DNA of 64,000 bases from an uncultured Gammaproteobacteria bacterium (lineage in GTDB: Bacteria; Pseudomonadota; Gammaproteobacteria; Magnimaribacterales; Magnimaribacteraceae), in assembly GCA_913045055.1 (NCBI GenBank), contig CAJWPI010000005.1, forward strand, positions 3,675 to 67,674, in the 5' to 3' direction. Each line of letters opens with the position of its first letter. The first letter of the stretch is position 1. Of this stretch, positions 10,063 to 20,547 are shown in pieces. The notes beneath the pieces were generated by a model that was not told the origin of the DNA, made no database searches, and saw nothing but the letters and a program-made list of their open reading frames with translations. Made by a program: the position numbers and the translations under genes.

Positions 10063-10935
10063 TTAATTTTTATCTAGTAAGTTATCTCGTGAAGATTTTA
10101 GGTTTTTTAAAAAAGATAAAATTAATTCTTGATCATTTGATTCAATTAGTTTGTAAATATGATCAAGTGACTCAGTGAAACCATCTATTGCTTTTAAAAT
10201 TTCTTCTTTATTGGAAAGCATAATATCTTTCCACATTCTAGGATCACTAGAAGCTACCCTTGTGTACCCTTCTAAACTGCCTCCAGAATAAAGAAATGTT
10301 TTTTCAGAAAGATTTTTATAAAGCAAGTCCATTAGGGCATAAGTAACTATATGAGGGAGGTGGCTAGTTAAAGAAAAGATCTTATCATGTGCTTCTGGTC
10401 TCATAGATAGCACCTCAGCTCCCATTAAGACCCAAAAGTCTTTTAGTTTTTTAAAATCATGCCTTTTAGTCTGACCGCTTACTCTAGAAATTAGTACTAT
10501 TTTCTTCTCAAACAAAGAAGCTTTAGAGTTCTTTAGACCACTTCTCTCAGAACCAGCAATAGGATGTGACATCAAAAATTTACTTGATAGCTTTGGGTTA
10601 GAATTTAGAAATTTTAATAACTCAGTCTTGGAACTTAAAGTATCACTAAAGATTGCTTGTTCTTGAGTAATCTTACCTTCAATTAAATAATAAGCTTCTT
10701 CTAATGCGAGAGTTGGTACTGAAAAAATAATTAAAATGTCATTCTTAAACAGATTAAATTCATTATCTTGGTTCTTTATGAGACCTAATTTAAAAGCTTC
10801 TCTTACTGTTTCTTCTTTCTTATCAAAACCGTAGACTAATGCCTTGGAATTTATCGTAGAAAGCTTTTTCAATATTGAGCCTCCTATTAAACCAAGTCCA
10901 ACTACTAAAATATTCTTGAATCCTATAATGCCCAT
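10063..10935 (-). CDS. tyrA: Prephenate/arogenate dehydrogenase
   Basis: GLGLIGGS, HPIAGSE, HD..SHLPH, TRVASSDPRMW. Confidence 0.93.
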   Translation of the reverse strand: MGIIGFKNILVVGLGLIGGSILKKLSTINSKALVYGFDKKEETVREAFKLGLIKNQDNEFNLFKNDILIIFSVPTLALEEAYYLIEGKITQEQAIFSDTLSSKTELLKFLNSNPKLSSKFLMSHPIAGSERSGLKNSKASLFEKKIVLISRVSGQTKRHDFKKLKDFWVLMGAEVLSMRPEAHDKIFSLTSHLPHIVTYALMDLLYKNLSEKTFLYSGGSLEGYTRVASSDPRMWKDIMLSNKEEILKAIDGFTESLDHIYKLIESNDQELILSFLKNLKSSRDNLLDKN

Positions 10936-12039
10936 TTACTCTTTAATGATAGATAAAAGCTTGTCCTTAAATAATTTATTTTCTTCAACAAGTCCAATGG
11001 TAACCCTCAAATGATTAGGCATGTTATATACTTCCATTGGTCTAGCTATTACACCTTTTTGTAGTAATTTCATAAATAAATCTTTTGAATTTTGCTTACA
11101 ATCAAAGCAAATGAAATTAGCATAAGATTCAATGGACTCGTAACCTATAGAATCAAGAAATTTATACAAGCCTTCCTTTTCAAGCTTATTCAGTTCTAAA
11201 GAATTTAATAAGTGTTCTTTGTCTTTCAGAGCGTATTCTGCTGCTTTTAAAGCTAAAGAATTTACGTTAAAAGGTTGTCTAATTCTATTGAAGTAATCTG
11301 AAATTTTCTTAGATGAAACTGAATATCCTATCCTAAGTCCTGCTAAACCGTATGCCTTTGAAAAAGTTCTAGAAATGATAAGGTTTGGAAAACTTTCTGT
11401 AAGAGACAATTGAATATCTTCTTTCTCATAATTTGAGTAATCAAAGTATGCTTGGTCTAAAAGAACCAGAATATTTTCAGGAATTTCTTCTAAAAATTTT
11501 ATCAATTCAGGTTTTTCTAAAAAAGTTCCTGTGGGGTTATTGGGATTTGCTATAAATATAATTCTAGTTTTCTTGTTAATTGAATCTTTCATTAACTGAA
11601 GGTCATGACCCCAATTAGTAGCTGGAACTTCTATGCCTTCAGCTCCCATAGATTGAATTACTAGAGGATAGACTGCAAAAGCATGTTGAGAAAAAATTGC
11701 ATTATCCTCTTTGCTTAAGAAACATCTTGTTATAAATTCTATGATATCGTTGGATCCGTTCCCTAATGTTATGCTATCAGCATTAACTTTATGTTCTTTG
11801 CTTAAGCATTCTTTGAGTCTAGAACCATTACCGTCAGGGTATCGATTGAGATCCCTGAGAGAAGTTTTAATTGCTTGAAGAGCTTTTGGGCTAGGACCTA
11901 AAGGGTTTTCATTACTTGCAAGTTTGATAATATTTTTTATACCCAAATCTTTTTCAACATCTTCTATGGGTTTTCCTGGTTCATACGGAACTAATTGTTT
12001 GATACCTGAGTTCAGGAGATCTTCAATATTTGATTTCAT
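10936..12039 (-). CDS. hisC: Histidinol-phosphate/aromatic aminotransferase
   Basis: KLASNENPLG, GNGSND, NPNNPTG, RTFSKAYGLAGLRIG. Confidence 0.95.
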   Translation of the reverse strand: MKSNIEDLLNSGIKQLVPYEPGKPIEDVEKDLGIKNIIKLASNENPLGPSPKALQAIKTSLRDLNRYPDGNGSRLKECLSKEHKVNADSITLGNGSNDIIEFITRCFLSKEDNAIFSQHAFAVYPLVIQSMGAEGIEVPATNWGHDLQLMKDSINKKTRIIFIANPNNPTGTFLEKPELIKFLEEIPENILVLLDQAYFDYSNYEKEDIQLSLTESFPNLIISRTFSKAYGLAGLRIGYSVSSKKISDYFNRIRQPFNVNSLALKAAEYALKDKEHLLNSLELNKLEKEGLYKFLDSIGYESIESYANFICFDCKQNSKDLFMKLLQKGVIARPMEVYNMPNHLRVTIGLVEENKLFKDKLLSIIKE

Positions 12040-12043
12040 GTTA

Positions 12044-13123
12044 TTAATTAACTGCCCTAGGGTAAGACCCCAGAATCTTGATATTAACTTGAATTTTGCT
12101 TAATTCTTTTAATAACTTAACCATTTTTTTATCTTGTAAATGCCTATCTAGATCTAAGAAAAAAGAATAATTCCATTTGTCATTTTTAGAAGGTCTATAA
12201 GCTATGTGTGTTAAATTAAGCTCATTCTTATTAATTGGTTTAAGAACTTTGTAAAGAGCACCTGGTTCATTCTTGGTAGTAATAACTAAAGAGGTTTTAT
12301 CTTTCCCTGAAATTTCTGCTTCTTGATGACCTAAAATTATAAACCTTGTAGTATTGTTTGAATAATCTTCTATATTACTTCTGATAATTTCTAATCCATA
12401 TTGCTCAGCTGCTAAACTTCCAGCTATTGCAAGAATATTGGCTTTGCTAGCAGCATTTTTTGCAGCTACAGCATTACTTGAAACAGATACTTTTTTTACT
12501 TTAGGACAATAAGCATCTAACCATTTTCTACACTGGGCTAAAGTTTGTTCATGAGCATGTATCTCAAAGTTATCTCTAGGTAAAGCTCTATCAGATCCCA
12601 TGAGACTATGATGGATGCTCATTTCTATTTCACCACAAATCTTTAAATCAAAAGAAGATAAACAATCAAGGGTTATATTTACTGACCCTTCTGTAGAATT
12701 TTCTATAGGTACAATTCCATAAGAATCTTTACCTTCGCTCACATCTCTAAACACCCCCTCTATACTTTCAGTGGGTTTTGTATTTATCTCATTACCAAAA
12801 TTTTCTTTAACAGCAGCTTCAGAAAAGGTTCCTTCAGGTCCTAAAAAAGAGACTTGAGTAGATTCTTGGTTAGGTCTGCAAGTAGCTATAATCTCTCTGA
12901 AAATACTATTAACTTGTTTTTCTTTCAAAGGGCCTTGATTTAAGGACAGTAACTTATTAAAAATCTTTACTTCAGTTTCAGGTCTATAAACAAATTCTTT
13001 TTCCCCTTCTATTTCTGAAATATTTATAGAATATTCTAGTCTCTTATTCAAAAGAGAGAGTAAATTTTCATCTATTTCTTCTATCAGCTTTTTAATGCTT
13101 ATTAATTCCTTTTCTTTAGACAT
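12044..13123 (-). CDS. pheA: P-protein (chorismate mutase / prephenate dehydratase); chorismate mutase domain degenerate
   Basis: LGPEGTFS, VPIENSTEGSV, NTTRF, ACT domain; N-terminal AroQ-like domain. Confidence 0.93.
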   Translation of the reverse strand: MSKEKELISIKKLIEEIDENLLSLLNKRLEYSINISEIEGEKEFVYRPETEVKIFNKLLSLNQGPLKEKQVNSIFREIIATCRPNQESTQVSFLGPEGTFSEAAVKENFGNEINTKPTESIEGVFRDVSEGKDSYGIVPIENSTEGSVNITLDCLSSFDLKICGEIEMSIHHSLMGSDRALPRDNFEIHAHEQTLAQCRKWLDAYCPKVKKVSVSSNAVAAKNAASKANILAIAGSLAAEQYGLEIIRSNIEDYSNNTTRFIILGHQEAEISGKDKTSLVITTKNEPGALYKVLKPINKNELNLTHIAYRPSKNDKWNYSFFLDLDRHLQDKKMVKLLKELSKIQVNIKILGSYPRAVN

Positions 13124-13127
13124 AGAA

Positions 13128-14207
13128 CTACAGATTATCCTTTTCGAATGCTTTCATAAACTCTATCAATCTATCTATTCCCTCTTCAGGCATTGCGTTG
13201 TAGATACTTGCCCTCATCCCGCCGACAGATCTATGACCTTTAAGAGCAAAAAGATCACTTTTGACAGATTGATCCAAAAATTTAGAATTCAATGACTCTT
13301 GTCTTAATAGGAATGGTATATTCATAATAGATCTTGAAGATTCTTCTATATTGTTAAAATAAAGATCAGATTGATCTATAAATTTATAGAGTTTAGTTGC
13401 TTTATTTAAATTAGTTTTTGAAATTTCTTTCAACCCTCCAAGAGATTTTAACCATCTAAAAACTTTTCCTGCTACATACCAGGCAAAAGTTGGTGGAGTG
13501 TTATACATGGAATTGTTTTCTTGGTGAGTACTGTAATTAAGCATTGTGGGAACCGATTCTTTTATACCTTCTAAGAGATCTTTTCTGATTATGGCAAAAC
13601 CCAATCCGGCTGGACCTATATTCTTTTGAGCTCCTCCATAAATAACCCCAAATTTAGATACCTCTAGAGGTTCTGAAAGGATACTGGATGAATAATCAGC
13701 AATTAAAGGAATAGTCATTTTATCAAAAGACCTAAGTGCCACTCCTCCTATAGTCTCGTTTGGAGTAACATGGATATAATTAGATTTTGAATTAATTTTC
13801 CAAAGGTTTTGTGTAGGAAAATAATTAAAGTTACTTTCTTCTGAGCTTGCTGAAATCTCAACTTTATTATAGTTCTCTGCTTCATCAATAGCCTTCTTGG
13901 CCCAATAACCAGAGTTGACATAACTAACTACTTCATTTCTTTTAGAGAAATTAAGTGGAATCATAGACATTTGAAGAGAAGCACCACCATGCAAAAAAAC
14001 TACACAATAGTTATCAGGAATAGATAGTAAATCAATGAAATCCTGAGTTGCTTGAAGAGCCATCTCTTGAAAATCATTACTTCTGTGACTTATCTCCAAA
14101 ACAGAAACTCCAAGGCCCTTCCAGTCAAGAATCTCTTCTTGTACTTCTTCCAAGACTGGTAAGGGAAGAGTTGCTGGACCAGCACCAAAGTTAAATTTAC
14201 GCTTCAT
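13128..14207 (-). CDS. serC: Phosphoserine aminotransferase
   Basis: NFGAGPA, EISHRS, GAQKNIGPAG, YNTPPTF, GHRSVGGMRAS. Confidence 0.97.
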   Translation of the reverse strand: MKRKFNFGAGPATLPLPVLEEVQEEILDWKGLGVSVLEISHRSNDFQEMALQATQDFIDLLSIPDNYCVVFLHGGASLQMSMIPLNFSKRNEVVSYVNSGYWAKKAIDEAENYNKVEISASSEESNFNYFPTQNLWKINSKSNYIHVTPNETIGGVALRSFDKMTIPLIADYSSSILSEPLEVSKFGVIYGGAQKNIGPAGLGFAIIRKDLLEGIKESVPTMLNYSTHQENNSMYNTPPTFAWYVAGKVFRWLKSLGGLKEISKTNLNKATKLYKFIDQSDLYFNNIEESSRSIMNIPFLLRQESLNSKFLDQSVKSDLFALKGHRSVGGMRASIYNAMPEEGIDRLIEFMKAFEKDNL

Positions 14208-14230
14208 TTTTCTTTATCAAATGATGATTT

Positions 14231-16774
14231 TTAGTCAGACATAAATTCTTCGCTTATTGAGGCTAAGCTTATAAGGCTCTCTCCATCTTTTAAACGAATA
14301 ACTTTAACTCCTTGGGTGTTTCTTCCTATGATATTTATTTCAGAGACCCTTGTTCTCACCAACATCCCCTTATCTGAAATCAACATTACCTCATCATCAT
14401 CTTTAACTTGTGCTGCTCCTATCAAATTTCCATTACGATCAGAAGTTTGCATGGCGATTACACCCTTTGCACCTCTTCTAGTTTTCCTAAAGTCTTCAGA
14501 ATTTGAACGTTTTCCAAATCCATTCTGGCTTACAGTTAAAATAGAAGCTTCTTCAGATGGAACTATAAGAGAGATCACAAACTGATCATCTTGGAGCTTT
14601 ATGCCTCTTACACCTCTAGCAACTCTTCCCATGGATCTAACTTCTGATTCTGAAAAATGCGCTGCTTTTCCTGCATTTGAAACTAACATTATATATTTAT
14701 TACCATCAGTTACTGTTGTTCCTACAAGCTCATCTCCCTCAAGAAGAGTAATTGCTTTCTTACCCCCTTTTCTTTGATTCGAGAATTCAGTAAGAGAGGT
14801 CTTCTTTACTACACCCTTTCTAGTTGACATGAATATAAAATGCTCAGAATCATATTTCTCAACTGCTACCATGCTTGTTATTCTCTCTCCTTCCTTGAGT
14901 TGAATTAGGTTTACAAGAGGTCTTCCTTTTGCAGATCTACCTGCTACAGGTATTTGATAAACTTTCAACCAGTACACCTGACCTAAATTTGAGAAACAAA
15001 GTAAAGTGGTATGAGTGTTGGCTATTAAAAGTTGTTCAACAAAATCTTCATCTTTTACCGAAGCTGCTGTTTTTCCGGTCCCTCCTCTCTTCTGAGCTTT
15101 ATATTCCTCTAGAGGTTGGGTTTTAGCATAGCCTTGATGTGAGATGGTAACCACTCTGTCTTCGGGTGTTATAAGATCTTCTGTACTAAAATCTGCTACA
15201 GAATCTTGAATTGCGGTTTTTCTGTCATCTTTATAAGACTCTTGAATCTCTTTAAGTTCTTCGGTAATTTCTTTTACTAACCTATTGGGGTCAGACAAAA
15301 TTTGAGTTAGATCTATTATATGTTCAATTATTTCTTCGTATTCTTGGATTAATCTGTCTTGTTCAAGTCCAGTTAATCTTTGAAGGCGCATATCCAGTAT
15401 AGCTTGCGCTTGTTGTTCAGATAATTGGTATGTCTTTCCAATCAAACCTATTGGATCTGTAATTTCTTCAGGTCTACATGCTTCTGATCCAGCTTTCTTT
15501 AGCATTTTCTTTACATTGCCTGGTTTCCATTTTTTAGCTAGTAATTTTGATTTTGCTTCTGGTCCATCTTTACATTTCTTAATTAACTCAATCATGGAAT
15601 CAATATTTGCTAAAGCAATAGAAAGCCCTTCTAATACATGACCCCTTTCTCGGGCTTTTCTTAACTCAAAAAGAGTTCTTCTAGAAACAACTTCCTTCCT
15701 ATGATTAACAAATACTTCTAGAATCTGTTTAAGGTTTAGCAGGGTTGGTTTCCCTTCTACTAATGCCACATTATTAATACCAAAAACAGTTTGCATCTGA
15801 GTCTGAGAAAATAGATTATTAAGGACAACATCAGGGATTTGTCCAGATTTCATTTCTATTACTATCCTCACTCCGTCTTTATCTGATTCGTCCCGTATTT
15901 CTCTTATGCCTTCTATTTTCTTATCTCTAACTAGTTCAGCGATTTTTTCTATCAATCTTGCTTTATTAACCATATATGGCATTTCTGTAACCACAATTTT
16001 GGTAATAGAATCAGAATCTTCATCTTCAATAGTGGTTTTAGCTCTTATTTGTACTTTTCCTTTACCAGACTGATACGCACTTACAATACCTGACCTACCA
16101 TTTATTATCCCCCCTGTAGGAAAATCTGGTCCTGGCATCAAGCTTATAAGTCTCTCTAAGGACACATCAGGATTTCCAATAAACTCTAGGCATGCTGATA
16201 TTGTTTCATTTAAGTTATGGGGTGGCATGTTAGTTGCCATACCTACAGCTATCCCAGAAGAACCATTAACTAAGAGGTTGGGTATTTTTGAAGGAAAAAC
16301 TTCAGGCATAGTTTCTGTATCATCAAAATTATTTACAAAATTTACAGTATCTTTTTCTAGGTCTGTTAAAAGCTCATGGGCTATCTTAGACATCCTAATT
16401 TCTGTATAACGTTGAGCAGCAGGAGGGTCTCCATCCATTGAACCAAAGTTTCCTTGAGGGTCTACTAATGGATATCTCATGCTAAACCATTGGGCCATTC
16501 TTACTATAGTGTCGTAAGCAGCTCCATCTCCATGAGGGTGATACCTCCCAATCACTTCACCTACTATTCTTGCCGATTTTCTATGTGGTCTATTCCAATC
16601 ATTATTCAATCCATGCATTGCATATAGACATCTTCTGTGGACAGGTTTCAGTCCGTCTCTTGCATCTGGAAGAGCCCTTCCTACAATTACACTCATGGCA
16701 TAATCTAAATAGGATTGTTTTAATTCTTCTTCAAGATTAACAGGTATTATTTCTGTAACTGATGATTCATTCAT
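14231..16774 (-). CDS. gyrA: DNA gyrase subunit A
   Basis: [24 protein letters not shown] catalytic Tyr, GyrA-box QKRGGTG, C-terminal pinwheel repeats. Confidence 0.98.
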   Translation of the reverse strand: MNESSVTEIIPVNLEEELKQSYLDYAMSVIVGRALPDARDGLKPVHRRCLYAMHGLNNDWNRPHRKSARIVGEVIGRYHPHGDGAAYDTIVRMAQWFSMRYPLVDPQGNFGSMDGDPPAAQRYTEIRMSKIAHELLTDLEKDTVNFVNNFDDTETMPEVFPSKIPNLLVNGSSGIAVGMATNMPPHNLNETISACLEFIGNPDVSLERLISLMPGPDFPTGGIINGRSGIVSAYQSGKGKVQIRAKTTIEDEDSDSITKIVVTEMPYMVNKARLIEKIAELVRDKKIEGIREIRDESDKDGVRIVIEMKSGQIPDVVLNNLFSQTQMQTVFGINNVALVEGKPTLLNLKQILEVFVNHRKEVVSRRTLFELRKARERGHVLEGLSIALANIDSMIELIKKCKDGPEAKSKLLAKKWKPGNVKKMLKKAGSEACRPEEITDPIGLIGKTYQLSEQQAQAILDMRLQRLTGLEQDRLIQEYEEIIEHIIDLTQILSDPNRLVKEITEELKEIQESYKDDRKTAIQDSVADFSTEDLITPEDRVVTISHQGYAKTQPLEEYKAQKRGGTGKTAASVKDEDFVEQLLIANTHTTLLCFSNLGQVYWLKVYQIPVAGRSAKGRPLVNLIQLKEGERITSMVAVEKYDSEHFIFMSTRKGVVKKTSLTEFSNQRKGGKKAITLLEGDELVGTTVTDGNKYIMLVSNAGKAAHFSESEVRSMGRVARGVRGIKLQDDQFVISLIVPSEEASILTVSQNGFGKRSNSEDFRKTRRGAKGVIAMQTSDRNGNLIGAAQVKDDDEVMLISDKGMLVRTRVSEINIIGRNTQGVKVIRLKDGESLISLASISEEFMSD

Positions 16775-16930
16775 AATGGTTTATAGATTCAAATTTAAAC
16801 GAAGAACAGACCTTTGAAAGGCCTATAATGGTTGGTTTTCTTGGATTGAATAGAATTTTCAACTTAGATTAGAATTTTATCATATTCCAAGTAAAAAAAG
16901 TGGTTTATATGGCTTAAAAAAGTAGAAAAA

Positions 16931-18340
16931 TTAAGCTTTAAATTCTGCTACTAAAGCCGAAACTGAATCCTTAGCATCACCGAATAACATTCTGGTATTC
17001 GATTTAAAAAATAAAGGATTTTGTATTCCTGCAAATCCCGATGCCATAGATCTCTTGAGAACAAATGTTGTCTTTGCTCTATCTACTTCAATAATTGGCA
17101 TACCGTAGATTGGACTACCCTGATTCTCTTTAGCATCAGGATTTACTACATCATTTGCGCCTATAACCATACAAACATCAACTGTATCCATGATTGGGTT
17201 TACATCTTCAGGCTCAACAAGAACATCGTATGAAACATTAGCCTCAGCTAGCAGCACGTTCATATGTCCAGGCATACGACCTGCAACAGGGTGTATAGCA
17301 TATCTTACCTCTGCACCATTTGCTTCTAATAACTCCCCAAGTTCTCTAACAACATGTTGGGCTTGAGCTACTGCCATTCCATAGCCAGGAACTATTAAAA
17401 CGGATGAAGAAGCTTCAAGTATTAGATATGCATCTGAAGAACTAAGAGGTTTGACTTCTCCCTGTTCAGCTTTTTCCCCTGAACTTAAATCTATCACCGC
17501 TCCAAAACCACTAAAAAGGACATTTGCTAAAGAACGATTCATTGCTTTACACATTATATTAGTAAGAATTAATCCACTTGCCCCTACTAAAGCCCCAGCA
17601 ACTATTAAAACATTATTTTCAATAACAAATCCTGCAGCACAGGCAGCCAAACCTGAGAAGCTGTTCAGTAAAGCTATAACTACTGGCATATCAGCCCCAC
17701 CTATCGGAATTACTAGAAAGATTCCTAAGATAAAAGCAAGTACGCAAATAAGAATTAATATTTGATATTGGGTCTCAGTGAATAATCCTTGGATAAAGAT
17801 CATTTCTAAACCGCATATTAATAGAATTGCTAGGAGTAAAAAGTTAACTATTTGCTGACCTTTGTATAGAAAAGGTTTTCCACCGATAAACTCAGATAGC
17901 TTACCCCAAGCGATTAAACTCCCAGAAAATGTTACCCCCCCTATAAGTACTGTAAGAAAAATAGCTAACAAGGATGCTGCATTTAAGCCTATATTTATTA
18001 AATACTCTGCTGAACCCACCAACAAACTTGCTATTCCACCAAAACCATTGAATAAAGCCACCATTTCTGGCATCGAGGTCATCTTTACCTTTGTTGCAGC
18101 AAAATAACCTATGGAAGCACCTATACATAACCCTATAACAATCCAACTAAAATCAACTATATTCTGATCTAGCAAAGTAACTACTATTGCCAAGAACATT
18201 CCAGATGAAGATAATAGATTTCCTTTTCTTGCAGTTTCGGGAGAGCCCAGCATTTTCAAACCAAATATGAAAAGCATGGAAGATAATATATAAGAAAGAT
18301 TTACAATTAATGTTGTATTTACTTCTTCAAGGAATATCAT
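16931..18340 (-). CDS. pntB: NAD(P) transhydrogenase subunit beta
   Basis: MPEMVALFNGFGG, GGADMPV, VPGYGMAVAQAQ, HPVAGRMPGHMNVLLAEA. Confidence 0.97.
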   Translation of the reverse strand: MIFLEEVNTTLIVNLSYILSSMLFIFGLKMLGSPETARKGNLLSSSGMFLAIVVTLLDQNIVDFSWIVIGLCIGASIGYFAATKVKMTSMPEMVALFNGFGGIASLLVGSAEYLINIGLNAASLLAIFLTVLIGGVTFSGSLIAWGKLSEFIGGKPFLYKGQQIVNFLLLAILLICGLEMIFIQGLFTETQYQILILICVLAFILGIFLVIPIGGADMPVVIALLNSFSGLAACAAGFVIENNVLIVAGALVGASGLILTNIMCKAMNRSLANVLFSGFGAVIDLSSGEKAEQGEVKPLSSSDAYLILEASSSVLIVPGYGMAVAQAQHVVRELGELLEANGAEVRYAIHPVAGRMPGHMNVLLAEANVSYDVLVEPEDVNPIMDTVDVCMVIGANDVVNPDAKENQGSPIYGMPIIEVDRAKTTFVLKRSMASGFAGIQNPLFFKSNTRMLFGDAKDSVSALVAEFKA

Positions 18341-18633
18341 TCAACATCCTTCTTCTTAAACATAGACAACATTCTGTTTGTTACCAAATATCCCCCCACC
18401 ACATTTATGGTTGCAAAAATGACTGCTGCTGTTCCAAGGAGAACTGTTATAGGTTGGGATAAGAATCCTGCACCAGAAGCAAGCAAAGCACCAACCAAAG
18501 TAATCCCAGAAATTGCATTTGCTCCAGACATTAAAGGAGTATGAAGTGTGGAAGGAACTTTTGAGATAAGTTCAAACCCTAAAAATATACTCAATACAAG
18601 TACGAATAAAAGTAAAGTTATCTCAGTTTCCAT
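18337..18633 (-). CDS. pntAb: NAD(P) transhydrogenase subunit alpha, part 2 (membrane domain)
   Basis: VPSTLHTPLMSGANAISG, NVVGGYLVTNRML. Confidence 0.95.
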   Translation of the reverse strand: METEITLLLFVLVLSIFLGFELISKVPSTLHTPLMSGANAISGITLVGALLASGAGFLSQPITVLLGTAAVIFATINVVGGYLVTNRMLSMFKKKDVE

Positions 18634-18635
18634 AA

Positions 18636-19763
18636 TTAAATCTTGTCTTTAATAGCTTTGTTAACCACTTTCCCCAAATGGGTTACAACACATCCTGATA
18701 AAATCTCATCTCCAAGGTCAAAATTAAAATTCTTATTTTCAGGATCCCAGTACTCATCTATTAAGTTAAACAAATTGCTTCCATATACTAAAGAAGCATC
18801 CATCGCTACTTCTCCAGGTAAATTTGATAAGCCTATTATGGTTACCCCATTACGTTCTATAGTTTCATTTACCATTGAGCCTTCAACATTTCCCCCTGAA
18901 CTAACTGCCATATCCAATACGACACTTCCTGGCTTCATTTCACTAAGCATATCTTCTGTCACTATTCTCGGAGCTGGTCTACCAAAAACTTGGGCAGTTG
19001 TGATTACTACATCTGCTTGTGAACAAATCTTTTTCATTCCTTCTTGTTGTAACCTAACTTGATCCTTTGATAATTCTTTTGCATATCCTTGATCAGTTTC
19101 TTCCGTGTTTCCTATATCAATATGAACAAATCTAGCTCCTAAAGACTTAACCTGTTCTTCTACAACAGGACGAGTATCAAAAGCTTCCACTCTAGCACCC
19201 AACCTTTTAGCAGTGGCTATAGCTTGTAGCCCAGCCACTCCAACTCCAATTACAAAAACTCTACTAGGAGAAATAGTTCCAGCAGCTGTCATCATCATAG
19301 GAAAAGACTTCCTTAGATATTTTGAAGCCTCAATTACTGCAGCATACCCGCCTAAATTTGCCTGTGAACTAAGAGCATCCATTTTTTGGGCCCTTGTTAT
19401 TCTAGGAATTAATTCCATGCTTATAGAAGAAACAGAAAAATTTGCAAATTCCTGTACAAGCTGAATTTCATTAAAAGGATCTAAAAAACTTATATGTATT
19501 GCTTCTTTCTTTAAAAATGCAATCTCTTCTTTAGGGGGTTTATTAATTCTGCATATTATGTCTGAAGAAGACAAAAAATTTTTTCTATCTTTTACAATTT
19601 CTGCTCCAGTTTCCCGATAGAGCAAATCTGAAAGGTGAAGTTTTTTACCTATACCTGCTTCAACCTTTATATCAATCCCTATCTCAGTAAATTTTTTTAC
19701 TGTCTCTGGAAGAACGCTAACTCTAGTTTCTGCTTCCTCTTCAGTAGGAAAAAATATTTGCAC
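18636..19763 (-). CDS. pntAa: NAD(P) transhydrogenase subunit alpha, part 1 (NAD-binding domain)
   Basis: PRITRAQKMDALSSQ, GVGVAGLQAIATAKRLGA, GGNVEGS; GTG start. Confidence 0.95.
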   Translation of the reverse strand: MQIFFPTEEEAETRVSVLPETVKKFTEIGIDIKVEAGIGKKLHLSDLLYRETGAEIVKDRKNFLSSSDIICRINKPPKEEIAFLKKEAIHISFLDPFNEIQLVQEFANFSVSSISMELIPRITRAQKMDALSSQANLGGYAAVIEASKYLRKSFPMMMTAAGTISPSRVFVIGVGVAGLQAIATAKRLGARVEAFDTRPVVEEQVKSLGARFVHIDIGNTEETDQGYAKELSKDQVRLQQEGMKKICSQADVVITTAQVFGRPAPRIVTEDMLSEMKPGSVVLDMAVSSGGNVEGSMVNETIERNGVTIIGLSNLPGEVAMDASLVYGSNLFNLIDEYWDPENKNFNFDLGDEILSGCVVTHLGKVVNKAIKDKI

Positions 19764-19845
19764 TTTTTGTTAACTGTTATTTAATGTTTAGAGAATAATT
19801 AATTTAACACAATATAAGGCAAGCCACCTTAATCTTTTTGTCACT

Positions 19846-20547
19846 ATGAAGCAAAATATAGATAAAGAAGAAGTAGAAAAATTTGATGACCTCGCAAAAA
19901 GCTGGTGGGATCCACAAGGTGACTTCAAGTCTCTTCATCAAATTAATCCTCTTAGAATTAACTTCATAAAAGAAAGAACTACTTTAGCAGGTAAACAGGT
20001 TCTAGATATTGGATGTGGAGGCGGCCTGTTAGCAGAAGTTCTATCCGATCTTGGAGCTATTGTTACCGCTATAGATGCATCAGAAAAGACAATTAATGTT
20101 GCAAAAGCCCACGCTAAAAAAGTTGGAAGTAATGTTAATTATATAAAAGCTTCTCTAGAAGAGTTTTCAAAGATTAAACCAAAAGCAAAGTTTGATGTCA
20201 TAACATGCTTAGAAATGCTAGAGCATGTTCCCGACCCTCTTCAAATATTGAAAAAATGTTCAGACCTTCTCAACCAAGACGGTGATCTCTTCCTCTCTAC
20301 AATAAATAGAAACCCTCGTTCTTACTTATTTGCAATTATTGGGGCTGAATATTTACTTAATCTTTTACCAAAGGGTACTCATGACTACTCTAAGTTTATT
20401 AAACCATCTGAACTTTCAAAATGGCTTAACAAATCTAATTTAAATACCATAGAGGTTGTAGGTTTAAGCTACAACCCTATAACTGATAATTATTGGTTGG
20501 GTAAAGATATTGCCGTCAACTATTTATTACATGCCTCCAAAGTATGA
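19846..20547 (+). CDS. ubiG: Ubiquinone biosynthesis O-methyltransferase
   Basis: WWDPQG, LHQINPLR, LDIGCGGGLL, CLEMLEHVPDP, PKGTH. Confidence 0.96.
   Translation: MKQNIDKEEVEKFDDLAKSWWDPQGDFKSLHQINPLRINFIKERTTLAGKQVLDIGCGGGLLAEVLSDLGAIVTAIDASEKTINVAKAHAKKVGSNVNYIKASLEEFSKIKPKAKFDVITCLEMLEHVPDPLQILKKCSDLLNQDGDLFLSTINRNPRSYLFAIIGAEYLLNLLPKGTHDYSKFIKPSELSKWLNKSNLNTIEVVGLSYNPITDNYWLGKDIAVNYLLHASKV

Noticed and set aside
10055..10070. Possible frameshifted tyrA-aroA fusion (these genes are fused in some gammaproteobacteria)
   Set aside because: tyrA has a clean TAA and aroA has its own ATG 2 nt later; both are full length, so there is no sign of a pseudogene or programmed frameshift
16775..16930. 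Intergenic region upstream of gyrA with a small CCTTT-G-AAAGG palindrome
   Set aside because: Stem too short and no U-tract; probably just promoter sequence
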